DNA of 64,000 nt from NCBI GenBank assembly GCA_965261885.1, contig CBDHDY010000043.1:103417-167416 (forward strand), in the 5' to 3' direction. This DNA is from Dehalococcoidia bacterium. GTDB lineage: Bacteria > Chloroflexota > Dehalococcoidia > Lucifugimonadales > UBA3495. The first letter of the stretch is position 1; every line of letters begins with the position of its first letter. The notes under the pieces are model-generated. The model saw only the letters and a program-made list of their open reading frames with translations. It was not told the DNA's origin and made no database searches. Shown here piece by piece: positions 19,269 through 28,216 of the stretch. A program made the translations under genes and the position numbers.

Positions 19269-20300
19269 ATGGTGGACAAGGAACAGGACTGGGAGTATGG
19301 CCTGCGCACCGAGGGACACGGGACCGAAGGTGCAACCGGGCCGGTAGTGATCGGCGAGAACGACTTCCACTACCGGGTCTCGGGTGAGAACTGGGGCCAG
19401 CTCCCCGAGGGATGCGTCTACCGGGAGGGAACAGCCGTCGCGGTCGATTCCAGGAATCAGGTCTATGTCTTCAACCGCGGCACCATACCGATGATCGTGT
19501 TCGACACCGACGGCAACGTGCTGCGCACCTGGGGTGAGGGGGTGTTCGCCAACCCCCACGGCGTGACTATCGCACCGGATGACACCGTCTTCTGCGTGGA
19601 CAACGGCGACAGCACGGTCCGGCAGTTCACGCCCAACGGCGATCTGCTGATGACCCTCGGCACGCCCCACAAGCCAAGCCCAAAGATGAGCGGCGAGCCG
19701 TTCAGCGTTCCCGCCCACGTGGCCTTCGACAAGCGTACCGGAGAGTTCTACGTGGCCGATGGTTATTCCAACGCCAGGGTGCACAAGTACTCACCTGACG
19801 GCAGGCTCCTATTCTCCTGGGGCGAATCGGGCACCGGCGACGGCCAGTTCAACATCGTCCACAACGTCGAGGTCGACAAGGACGGGTGGGTGTACATCGC
19901 CGACCGCGAGAATCACCGCATCCAGGTTTTCAGCTCCGAGGGGAGATATGAGACCCAGTGGGGTAACCTCTCCCGTGCTGCCGCAATCTGCATCGGCAAC
20001 CAGGCGGGCGAGGAACTGCTCTACATCGGCGAATACTTCTGCGGGATTGCCACCAACGACATCGGGACTGACCTGGGCCCCAGGGTGACGGTGATGAACA
20101 CTAGAGGCGAGGTCCTGGCCAGGGTGGGGCGCGAGAGCTACGGCGACCAGTCGGGCCGGTTCTATTCGCCCCACGGTATAGCCGTGGACTCCAGGGGAGA
20201 CCTGTACGTGGCGGAAGTAGCCTGGACCGACTACGGCCGGCACATGAACCCACCCCGCGAGCTTCGTTCCATGCAGAAGCTGGTCAGGGTTCTCGACTGA
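19269..20300 (+). CDS. NHL-repeat beta-propeller protein (peptidylglycine-amidating-lyase-like)
   Basis: 343 aa with repeated motifs such as YVADGYSNARVHKYSPDGRLL and YIADRENHRIQVFSSEGRY. SD AAGGAGG. Confidence 0.8.
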   Translation: MVDKEQDWEYGLRTEGHGTEGATGPVVIGENDFHYRVSGENWGQLPEGCVYREGTAVAVDSRNQVYVFNRGTIPMIVFDTDGNVLRTWGEGVFANPHGVTIAPDDTVFCVDNGDSTVRQFTPNGDLLMTLGTPHKPSPKMSGEPFSVPAHVAFDKRTGEFYVADGYSNARVHKYSPDGRLLFSWGESGTGDGQFNIVHNVEVDKDGWVYIADRENHRIQVFSSEGRYETQWGNLSRAAAICIGNQAGEELLYIGEYFCGIATNDIGTDLGPRVTVMNTRGEVLARVGRESYGDQSGRFYSPHGIAVDSRGDLYVAEVAWTDYGRHMNPPRELRSMQKLVRVLD

Positions 20301-20362
20301 GCGAATTCCCTCAGAAGCTACCGGCCCCAGGGACGTTTCAATCAGGTGGTATGCACCGTGCA

Positions 20363-20392
20363 GGGGCGGGTTTCAAACCCGCCCTTTCTCTT
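20363..20392 (+). terminator. GC hairpin GGGGCGGGTTTCAAACCCGCCC plus T-rich tail
   Basis: Lies between convergent genes (stops at 20300 and 20467). Followed by TTTCTCTT. The same hairpin recurs at 40857-40885. Confidence 0.6.
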
Positions 20393-20466
20393 GTCCGGGT
20401 CAGGTTCCCTGCTTTGACCACCGTATCCGCAACGCTCTCCGACCTACCTGAGACCTACCGGCGAAG

Positions 20467-21621
20467 CTACTCGGGTATCCCCAGGGCCTTTCGTACCGCT
20501 GTTCCAATGGGCGCCAGCGGGCTTTCTTCGGGAGGGCCGTGGGGGACCATCCGGTTATGCTGGACGGCAACCGCCAGCCGGTGCTGAGGGTCCGCCCAGC
20601 CGAGGCAGCCGCCGGCCCCGTTGTGGCCGAAGGCCAGCGGGTTGCTGCCCATGGCGCCCATTCCCGGACTGCCCGCGAAGTGGAACCCTCCGATGGTTCC
20701 ATGATGGGGTCTGCCATGGACCGGATCGTAATCGCTGGACGGGCGCGGTACATGGAAGGTCCGCACGCGGTGCTCGGACAGGAGGCGCACGCCGTCCAGT
20801 TCACCGCCATTGGCCAGCATGGCGTAGAACCGGGCCTGGCTCCGCGCATTCATGATTCCCTGCGCTCCGGGAATGCAGGCCTGGCGCACATCGGAACGGC
20901 CAAAAACCTCCTGATTGGTTCCCACCTCAGGCGGAGTGGCCCGGAACCGCAGCGAGTCGGGAGGCAGTCCGGGAGCACCGGGAGGGAGCGGCGGTAGATT
21001 GGTAAGCTTGGCCACCCGGGGCTCGACTTCAGGTGGAATGCCAGCCCACAGGCCTGTGATGCCCAGGGGCTGGCAGATTTCATCCTGGATGAACTGGCCA
21101 AAGGGCCGGTGCTTTGGGTCGGTTCGGCGCACCACCTCGCCCACCACCCAGCCAAAGGTGTAGGCCATGTAGCCGCTCCGGGTTCCCGGCTCGAACAGGG
21201 GATGCATCTCCGCGATCTGCCCCACCATCCAGTCCCAGTCACACATCAGCTCAGGCGTAACCCCCACGGGCATCAGGGGAACGCCAATGCGGTGGGTCAG
21301 AGCGTCGAACACAGTGCCCTTGTCCTTGCCGTACTTGCCGAACTCGGGCCAGTACTTGGCCACTGGCTGGTAATAGTCCACCAGCCCCCGCTCCGCCTGT
21401 ATGTGGAGCGCCGTCGCCGTCATAGCTTTTATGTTGGAAAACACCGGGAAGAGGGTGTCCCCGTCGACCTCCCGTCCGGTGGTCTCATCGGCCAGGCCAC
21501 CCCACTGGTCGATCACCAGTTCGCTGTCCAGGTAGGCTGCGACCTGGACTCCGATTTCCCCGCGCTCTCCGATGGCGACGTCGATGGCTTCCTGTACGAT
21601 AGTCTTCGGACTTTCCGTCAT
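20467..21621 (-). CDS. serine hydrolase, beta-lactamase/EstB family
   Basis: SxxK motif FSNIKAMTA. I prefer ATG 21621 (MTESPKTIVQEAIDV, SD GGAGAGG). The track start at 21906 overlaps the neighbouring LLM gene. Confidence 0.8.
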   Translation of the reverse strand: MTESPKTIVQEAIDVAIGERGEIGVQVAAYLDSELVIDQWGGLADETTGREVDGDTLFPVFSNIKAMTATALHIQAERGLVDYYQPVAKYWPEFGKYGKDKGTVFDALTHRIGVPLMPVGVTPELMCDWDWMVGQIAEMHPLFEPGTRSGYMAYTFGWVVGEVVRRTDPKHRPFGQFIQDEICQPLGITGLWAGIPPEVEPRVAKLTNLPPLPPGAPGLPPDSLRFRATPPEVGTNQEVFGRSDVRQACIPGAQGIMNARSQARFYAMLANGGELDGVRLLSEHRVRTFHVPRPSSDYDPVHGRPHHGTIGGFHFAGSPGMGAMGSNPLAFGHNGAGGCLGWADPQHRLAVAVQHNRMVPHGPPEESPLAPIGTAVRKALGIPE

Positions 21622-21758
21622 AGCGGTACCTCTCCGTCGATGATTCTTGCAAAGGCCGGTCCAGTCCAGTTGACCCGGCATTGACGGCAGTTCTAGGGTC
21701 CAAACTCCTCCAGGAGCGGCAGCGAAGTCCTGGAACTGCAGGAACCTGAAACCAAACT

Positions 21759-22811
21759 CTATTGCCGGAACCTCGGCATCACTTTCTTGGAGAAGAGCTC
21801 CATTGAGCGCAGTACCCTGGAGTGCTCCATACTGCCGAAGGACATGCTGGCGCCAAAGTACCCGATGCCATGTTCGTCCCGCAACCTGGTGATTCGCTGC
21901 ACACATTGTTCCGGCGTGCCGAAGTAAGCGGTAGTCTCCAGTTCAGACTCATAGCTCGCCGGCTCGACGGTGCGGGTCCTTCGCCAGTGGTCCAGGTCCA
22001 CGTTGATTTCATCGCCGTGGGTCAGGGTGCGTCGGTAACCACCAAGGTCCCGGACCCAGGTCAGGGACTCCCGGGGATATTCCTGGGCTGCCTGCTCGTC
22101 CTCATCCAGATAAACGAACCGGAAATAAGGCATTTCTTCCAAGGGCAGATTCTTTCCGGCGGCGGCGCAGCGTTCAGCATAAAGGGAAAACAGGCCCAGG
22201 TTATCGGCCTCCGGGGTGGAAAAGCTGGTCAGGATGGGCAGGTCCCGGGAGACGGCAACGTCAACGCTGGCGGGAGTGCGCGATACCGCCAGATACACCG
22301 GTGGATGGGGCTGTTGCGCCGGCCAGGGAGCTATGGTCAGGTCTTTCACCTGGTAATACTCCCCCTGAAAGCTGAAATCGGACTGGGTCCACAGCCCCAG
22401 GATAATTTCCAGGGCCTCCAGGGTACGCGCGTCCCGGGTATCAAAGTCGATGTTAAAGTTGCCGTACTCGTAGTCTGCCGAGCCGCGCCCAACCCCGAAG
22501 TCCAGCCTGCCATTGCTCAGCACATCCAGCATGGCGCTCTCTTCTGCCAGGAAAATGGGATTGTGGAATGGCAGGACGCTGACGCCAGCTCCGATTCGGA
22601 TCTTCTTGGTGCGTGCCGCGATGTGGCTTAGCAGCGGCATCAGAGAGGGACAGATGCCGTACCGGCTCGAGTGATGCTCCGCAATCCAGACCGAATCGAA
22701 GCCCAACTCCTCGGCGTATTCAGCCTGTTCCAGCAATTCACCGAATATCCGGCTTTGGGCACTGGTCTCCTTTTCTGTCCAGGAACCCAACAAAAACAGG
22801 GCAAACTTCAT
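21759..22811 (-). CDS. LLM-class flavin-dependent oxidoreductase (paralog 1)
   Basis: 350 aa starting MKFALFLLGSW...GFDSVWIAEHHSSRYG. Confidence 0.85.
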   Translation of the reverse strand: MKFALFLLGSWTEKETSAQSRIFGELLEQAEYAEELGFDSVWIAEHHSSRYGICPSLMPLLSHIAARTKKIRIGAGVSVLPFHNPIFLAEESAMLDVLSNGRLDFGVGRGSADYEYGNFNIDFDTRDARTLEALEIILGLWTQSDFSFQGEYYQVKDLTIAPWPAQQPHPPVYLAVSRTPASVDVAVSRDLPILTSFSTPEADNLGLFSLYAERCAAAGKNLPLEEMPYFRFVYLDEDEQAAQEYPRESLTWVRDLGGYRRTLTHGDEINVDLDHWRRTRTVEPASYESELETTAYFGTPEQCVQRITRLRDEHGIGYFGASMSFGSMEHSRVLRSMELFSKKVMPRFRQ

Positions 22812-22956
22812 GATCGACAGGGACCTCCTTCAAGCTGGCCTGGAGGGAATTCTACAGGTCTTGGAGAAAGTCTGTCCGCTGAGACATTTGGCGTCGGGCA
22901 TTTACAGCTACTCGGGGATTGTTACTACGAACCTGGATCGAAAAGACGGGCGTCGG

Positions 22957-23058
22957 ATGACAGCAGACAAGGGAGTCGACACCTCTCCCGCTAGGTCGCC
23001 TGATGGTACCCGCATTACCTTTTCCTCAAACAGGGAAGGGCCTTTTCATCTTTGGGTG
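22957..23058 (+). pseudogene. PD40/TolB-like beta-propeller repeat fragment
   Basis: A single repeat, DTSPARSPDGTRITFSSNREGPFHLWV, with no surrounding gene. Confidence 0.3.
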
Positions 23059-23545
23059 TCAAAGGCGGTGCCCATAAGAGCGAGGTTTGCCGGGAGGCGG
23101 GCAGCGTGCGGCGACGGTCCGCCGCCAAATTGGAGGGCACGGCACACAGCAATTGTGCAATAACCAGTTTCAGGAAGCGGCGAATGTGGCCAAGTCCGTT
23201 GCTGTTGCGCAAGGCTGGGAATGCGGCAATCATACGGACTTCAGCGATGTGCTCTACCGGGCCGGGGAACTGCCTGGCAACTCACGCCTGCGAGACCCGC
23301 GCAATAACGCCAGCGACCTGCACGTCAATTGCCACAAGCGCAAAAGGCATCTGGAGGCCATGTACATCGGCGAGGGGTTGAAAGCAGTTGCGGAGTTGCT
23401 GGAACTTCTGGCTCCACTGACCGGCCTGGACTTCGGTGACATCAAAAGCTTATGTGTATGAGCGTTCTTCGGCAGCTCGCTGCAACCAGCAGTCAATCGG
23501 TTTGCAGATAGTCCCCAGACTATCCGCAAACCGCCGTCCTACGGT

Positions 23546-23986
23546 TTAATCCGGTTCCTGTACGCCGACCCCCGGATCGAACTCCACGGCCTCCCCCGGG
23601 TTGACCTTGAACCAGCTTTCGCCCGGCTCCTCCTCAGGTTCGGGCTGCGGTCGCTGCACCACCCTCACCCCCAGCGTCGCCAGCATCCCGTCGATGCGCC
23701 CCACCGTTGCGCCTGACGCTGCCGTTTCCAGGCGAAGAGCCAGCAGCTCCGAGGTCATCCGCAGGGCCAGTTGCACGCCCGACAGGTTCAGGCCCATATC
23801 ATCCACGAAGTGCTTGATCAGCCGCAGCCGGGCCACGTCCTCATCGGAGTAGGTGCGGAGCGCACCCATCCGCAGCGGCACCACGAAGCCGGCGCGCTCG
23901 TACTTGCGCAGCGTCTGCGGGTGCATGTCCAGCGTCTCCGCCACCACGCCTATCAGGTAGATGCCTTGCGGCTGCCGCGTCGTCAT
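23546..23986 (-). CDS. MerR-family regulator, HspR-like
   Basis: 146 aa with YLIGVVAETLDMHPQTLRKYERAGFVVPLRMGALRTYSDEDVARLRLIKHFVDDMGLNLSGVQLALRM. Confidence 0.85.
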   Translation of the reverse strand: MTTRQPQGIYLIGVVAETLDMHPQTLRKYERAGFVVPLRMGALRTYSDEDVARLRLIKHFVDDMGLNLSGVQLALRMTSELLALRLETAASGATVGRIDGMLATLGVRVVQRPQPEPEEEPGESWFKVNPGEAVEFDPGVGVQEPD

Positions 23987-24024
23987 CGTTGGCCTCTCTG
24001 TCCCACGGGTTCCGGCATGCCTGT

Positions 24025-24053
24025 GTTATATCCCTCAGGAAATTTAATGTCAA
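24025..24053 (-). promoter_or_regulatory. sigma70-like promoter for the HspR-like gene
   Basis: On the minus strand: TTGACA (24053-24048), 17 nt spacer, TATAAC (24030-25). About 40 nt upstream of ATG 23986. Confidence 0.55.
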
Positions 24054-24111
24054 CGGTGTATACGGAGTATTATCCAATTATCGCCAGTACTTACATTATC
24101 ACATTTATATA

Positions 24112-24141
24112 TTTGACACAAATCATATCAAGTGTTATAGT
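24112..24141 (+). promoter_or_regulatory. sigma70-like promoter with overlapping HAIR-like dyad
   Basis: TTGACA (24113-18), 17 nt spacer, TATAGT (24136-41). Dyad TTTGACA-N7-TATCAAG (24112-24132) compares with the HspR operator CTTGAGT-N7-ACTCAAG. Confidence 0.55.
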
Positions 24142-24162
24142 CTTACCAAACAGAAGAGAGGA

Positions 24163-24354
24163 ATGAGCGATATGGCAGCGACAGAGATTCAGAACCGCCC
24201 GGCAGCGTTGGCCGAGGACAAGACACAGGAACTGAGCGAAAAGGTGGCCCAGCAGGTTTCGGCGATCGTGGAAGGGGCCGGCCAGCGCGAGAAGGTTGCC
24301 CACCCCGTGCTGGCTTATAGCGTGCCCGGTCCAGGCCTTCGCTACTACTTCTAG
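24163..24354 (+). CDS. small hypothetical protein (63 aa)
   Basis: MSDMAATEIQNRPAALAEDKTQELSEKVAQQVSAIVEGAGQREKVAHPVLAYSVPGPGLRYYF. SD AGAGAGGA lies 21 nt after the -10. No family recognised. Confidence 0.5.
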   Translation: MSDMAATEIQNRPAALAEDKTQELSEKVAQQVSAIVEGAGQREKVAHPVLAYSVPGPGLRYYF

Positions 24355-24511
24355 GGGAAACACGAATCACCACTCCAAGTAGTGAGGGAGAACCCGGCAG
24401 TCAGCTGTTCTCCCTCTGTTGCGTCGCAGCCGCAAACCTGCGACGCCACGATCAGGCCCTTGGCCACCATCACCAGACAGGAACCAAATCTCAACCCCGG
24501 AGAGAAGTCCG

Positions 24512-24790
24512 ATGCCCTACCAAGAGGATAAGACCGACTGCGAGCACCGGCGGTCTCTGAGACTGGCCCTCGACTTCCTCGACGCCTACCACCCGGTGTC
24601 AGGCGAGAGAATGAGCCTGGTCAACGGACTCAGGGACCAGCTGAAGAGCAACCCGACACAGGCTGACGTCTTCACCTTGGCAGACGCCGTGGAAACAACG
24701 GCCTTCACTCTGCGCCGGGGAGTCGTGAAGGCGCTGCCCGGACTGGCAGCCAGGATCCGCCGGGCCGCAATCACCGGCATGACCTCCTGA
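24512..24790 (+). CDS. small hypothetical protein (92 aa)
   Basis: MPYQEDKTDCEHRRSLRLALDFLDAYHPVSG... SD GGAGAGAAG. Followed by a hairpin terminator. Confidence 0.45.
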   Translation: MPYQEDKTDCEHRRSLRLALDFLDAYHPVSGERMSLVNGLRDQLKSNPTQADVFTLADAVETTAFTLRRGVVKALPGLAARIRRAAITGMTS

Positions 24791-24816
24791 ACGGGGGGCA
24801 ATAACCAACCCGCGTT

Positions 24817-24852
24817 AAAGGGGCGCCGCACCGTTGCAGCGCCCCTTTCATT
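24817..24852 (+). terminator. intrinsic terminator
   Basis: AAAGGGGCGC-cgcaccgttgca-GCGCCCCTTT, then CATTT. Confidence 0.6.
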
Positions 24853-25333
24853 TGCCTCCAAACGCTGCGCCTGCCTTGGCGGGTGAAGCGGGCCTGACTG
24901 CACAAGGTGATGTACCCTGACGGCCAGGATTCGCCGGCGCTCTTAAAGCGGTCGTCATCCTGTGCGAAAGAGCAGGATCAGCCACATCCCTGAGGCCGAA
25001 TTCAACCTGCCTGACGTTTTGGACGGGGAGTCTCCGCGGCCGCGAAGCCGATTGTGGCTACTCCGAGTGCCATCCCAACTGGGACCAGGGCCCCGCGGCC
25101 AACACGGGCACATGGCCGACCGAGCCGTTGACCACTGTCCACCAGCGGACTGGCACGCTCACCTCACCCCAGCTTGGTGTTTTTCGTGCTTAACTGTGTT
25201 CCCATTTCGCTGACGGTGTACATTCAACAATGACCACTCTGTTGCCAGGGGTGTCCTTGCAGGCTTCAACCGCGAACGCGGAGCACCCCATATATCGAGA
25301 GTGGGTGAAGGCACAAGCAGCGTCTATACAATA

Positions 25334-25366
25334 ACAGGAGGCGGGATTCTATATTCCGCCTCCTGT
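25334..25366 (-). terminator. hairpin downstream of the collagen-like gene
   Basis: ACAGGAGGCGG-gattctatatt-CCGCCTCCTGT, 44 nt beyond the stop at 25410. Confidence 0.55.
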
Positions 25367-25409
25367 GGATTTCTCAGACGCGTCTGATCCCCCGTACTGG
25401 CATAGGGAA

Positions 25410-26430
25410 CTATTCGCCGAGTTTCTCCACTACGATCGACAGCCGGGCTACCGGATTACGCCAATCGTGCACAGCGGGGTTGAGATCGGACTTTTCGCCC
25501 CCGTGAATCCCAGCGTGAACGTAGATATGCCCTTCGGCTTCTGACTCGTCTTCGGCGTGCTTGCCGCAGGGTGGACCCGGAATGTAGTCGCAGTCCTCGC
25601 TGTTGGCTTCGCTGCCGGCGTCGTAGGCATTCAGGTTGATGGTGCGCGAGCTGGAGACGTCAAGGCCGCTTGCGCCGATGAAAGCGTCGTTGGTAGTAAC
25701 CAGCATACTGGCAAAGGAAACCAAACTGTTTCCGTCGGTGACCTCGAAACTCATTGAAACAGTTGCACCGGGCGGTATGGGACCTTCGTCCAGCGCTACC
25801 ACCATCGTCTCGCTGATGTCGGGGTTGTCCTCCGATGCCCATTCAGACAGCAGGCCGGATGCGTCGGCGTCTTCGGCCATCTTCGCCAAAGAAATGCTGG
25901 CTGGTTCACCAAGCGTGTACAGAGGGCCGGCACCCGCGCCATGCCTTGTCACAAAGACGGGCGATAGTATTTGTCCGCGCGTCAGGTTTGTGATGGACAT
26001 CGTGACCATTACCTGGCTGCTTTCAGCAGGCGACTCCGGAAGGGCAGCATTCCCTGTCTCTCCCTGAGGCCCCTCTGGCCCCGCTGGCCCCGGGGCGCCA
26101 TCCTGACCCACTGGCCCCTGCAGGCCCCGCCTCTCCCTGCAACCCCTGAGGCCCCTGCGGCCCTGCCGCGCCGTCCTGACCCGCAGGCCCCTGCGGCCCC
26201 GCCGCCCCTGCCTCTCCCTGCAACCCCTGAGGCCCCGCCGCCCCTGCCTCTCCCTGCAACCCCTGAGGCCCCGCCGCGCCATCCAGGCCCGCTGGCCCCT
26301 GCGGCCCTGCAGCCCCTTCACTGCCAGCACATGCGGCAACCAAGAGCACTCCCACAGTTAGCAACGAGATAAACCATAGCCGCCCAAGGGCACCTGACAG
26401 AATCCTACCTGAGTAAGCACCAAGCTTCAT
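25410..26430 (-). pseudogene. collagen-like (G-X-Y) lipoprotein with C-terminal spondin_N-like domain, +1 frame break in the repeat
   Basis: Frame A starts at ATG 26430 (SD GGAGG) and gives signal plus lipobox LLVAAC, then GAAGPQGPAGLDG... Frame B (track 25410..26339) continues GPVGQDGAPGPAGPEGPQGETG, then ITNLTRGQILSPVFVTRHGAG... The two frames join if one C of the run at 26115-26118 is removed. Confidence 0.7.
26195..26280. repeat. 36-bp tandem repeat (2.4 units) inside the collagen-like gene
   Basis: GGCCCCGCCGCCCCTGCCTCTCCCTGCAACCCCTGA at 26195-26230 repeats exactly at 26231-26266. It encodes GLQGEAGAAGPQ twice. Confidence 0.85.
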
Positions 26431-26468
26431 GCTTGTCCTCCAATATCCAGCTACCTTCCGAGGCCAAA

Positions 26469-26637
26469 CCCGAATCTACCGAACGAGTGGGTGCAAGAGG
26501 TCTCCTGAAAGCGCCACGAGGTGCTCCTCTGAATCTGGGATATTGGTTTTGAAACACGAAACCAACCCCGGACAGGGAGCACCTCATTGATGCTACACGC
26601 AAGCACCCCGACCGCATCCTTGTCTCTTTCGACGGCA
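26469..26637 (+). mobile_element. truncated left end of a second, diverged IS1380-family element
   Basis: Aligns with 5171-5340, from CCCGAATCTACCGA through GGTGCTCCTCTGAATCTGGGAT to TTGATGCTAC. With a 1-nt deletion it encodes ..HPDRILVSFDGR. Nothing of the element follows about 26640. Confidence 0.75.
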
Positions 26638-26698
26638 GGGTTCCGTATTTTGGCCTTGGTGCGCAAAGTGTCCCCTCCGTCAGTGGGCGAAGGGACGT

Positions 26699-28099
26699 CT
26701 ATACGCCCGGAATCATCCGGTGCTGGGTGGCGGCCTCGTAGGCGTGGCCCACCTGTACAAGCAGCGGCTCCGTCAGGTGCCTGCCGACGAACTGGATGCC
26801 TAGAGGGAGACCCTCGCTGTTCAGCCCGCAGGGCAGGGATATAGTGGGCGCTCCACTGAAGTCGTAGGGTACGGTGAACCGCCCCCAGGTCCATTCCTCC
26901 TCGTCCATAGGGCCGTAGAGCGCCTCCGGCGTGACCCGCTCCGGAGGCGTGGTCATGGAGGGGCAGACCAGCACGTCGATGCCTCCGAATATTTCGGCCA
27001 AGGTCCCGTTGCAGGCCAACCGCTGGTAGCTGGCGGTGGCGTAGTCGGTGGCGCTGTGGCGCAACCCCAGATCCAGCCAGCCCCGGAACCAGGGTCCGTA
27101 TTCGTCGCCCCTGGAGGGGAATGTCTCGCGGTGGGCCGCGGCGGCCTCCGCCGAGCACAACACGCCCCAGGCGAGGGAGTAGGGCTCGGTATCGGGCATT
27201 CGCACCGGCACCAGCACTGCTCCCTGGCTTTCCAGAAGGTGGGCCCCCTCCAGCACGGCAGCGGCCAGCTCGGAGTCGACGCCGTCGGCGATATATCGCT
27301 CGTCTACACCGATGCGGACGCCGCGGACTCCCTGGGCCACTCCTGCCAGCATGTTGGGCACCGGAGCGGTCAGCGAGGTGGGGTCATCTGGATCATGCCC
27401 CGCGATGGCCTGCAGCATGACGCCGGCGTCGGATGCGCTGCGGGTCATGGGGCCGATGTGGTCCAGGGACTGGGCCAGGGCCAATACGCCGTGCCTGCTC
27501 ACCCGCCCCCAGGTGGGCTTGATTCCCACGATGCCGCAGGCGGCCGCCGGAAACCTGATGGAGCCGCCGGTGTCGCTGCCCAGCGACCCGTAGCACAGTC
27601 CGGCCGCGGTCGCGACGCCCGAGCCGCTGGAGGATGCGCCGGACCAGCGGTCGGCGCCCCAGGGATTGACCGGAATCTGGAATTCCGGGTTGTATCCGGC
27701 CATCGCTCCTTCGGTGAGATTCAGCTTGCCGAGAATCACCGCACCGGCGGCGTTGAGCTTCCGCACCACCGTGCCGTCGAAGTCGGGCACGAAGTCCCGG
27801 AGCACCCGGGCGCCGCCCATGGTGGCGACCCCGGTGGTGAAGCACAGGTCCTTGACGGCGATGGGCACTCCATGGAGGCCGCCCCGGTAGTTCCCGGCGG
27901 CGATTTCCTGCTCGGCGACCCGGGCCGAGGTCAGGGCCGAGTCAGCCATTAGCGTGGCGTAGCTCTTCAGGTCGCCGTCCAGACCCTCGATGCGCTCCAG
28001 GATCGCCTGGGTCAGTTCCACGGGCGACAACTCCCTGGACCGGAGGCGGCCGCCCACTTCCGCAATGGTCTGATAGTGCAAAGGCGTATCGGGCATCAT
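26699..28099 (-). CDS. amidase (amidase-signature family)
   Basis: 466 aa with ..WSGASSSGSGVATAAGLCYGSLGSDTGGSIRFPAAACG... SD AGGAG. Confidence 0.9.
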   Translation of the reverse strand: MMPDTPLHYQTIAEVGGRLRSRELSPVELTQAILERIEGLDGDLKSYATLMADSALTSARVAEQEIAAGNYRGGLHGVPIAVKDLCFTTGVATMGGARVLRDFVPDFDGTVVRKLNAAGAVILGKLNLTEGAMAGYNPEFQIPVNPWGADRWSGASSSGSGVATAAGLCYGSLGSDTGGSIRFPAAACGIVGIKPTWGRVSRHGVLALAQSLDHIGPMTRSASDAGVMLQAIAGHDPDDPTSLTAPVPNMLAGVAQGVRGVRIGVDERYIADGVDSELAAAVLEGAHLLESQGAVLVPVRMPDTEPYSLAWGVLCSAEAAAAHRETFPSRGDEYGPWFRGWLDLGLRHSATDYATASYQRLACNGTLAEIFGGIDVLVCPSMTTPPERVTPEALYGPMDEEEWTWGRFTVPYDFSGAPTISLPCGLNSEGLPLGIQFVGRHLTEPLLVQVGHAYEAATQHRMIPGV

Positions 28100-28216
28100 T
28101 CCACTCCTACTTCATTCCGATGGCTCTTCCGCAGAGGATACTGGATGCCAGACCGGTGGTAAACTTGGCCCTGCCCTGCGCGCTTATCCCCGGCCAGGGC
28201 CCAGGAGACGACTCGA

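Noticed and set aside
20363-20384. GC hairpins as tRNA fragments or attachment sites
   Set aside because: Each is a single stem-loop only, with no cloverleaf or acceptor/T-arm features and no integrase nearby.
23087-23461. 124-aa ORF with a faint HNH-like tail (..NASDLHVNCHKRKRH..)
   Set aside because: The key His/Cys positions are not all present and there is no start context. The region looks like decayed sequence; the evidence is too weak to call.
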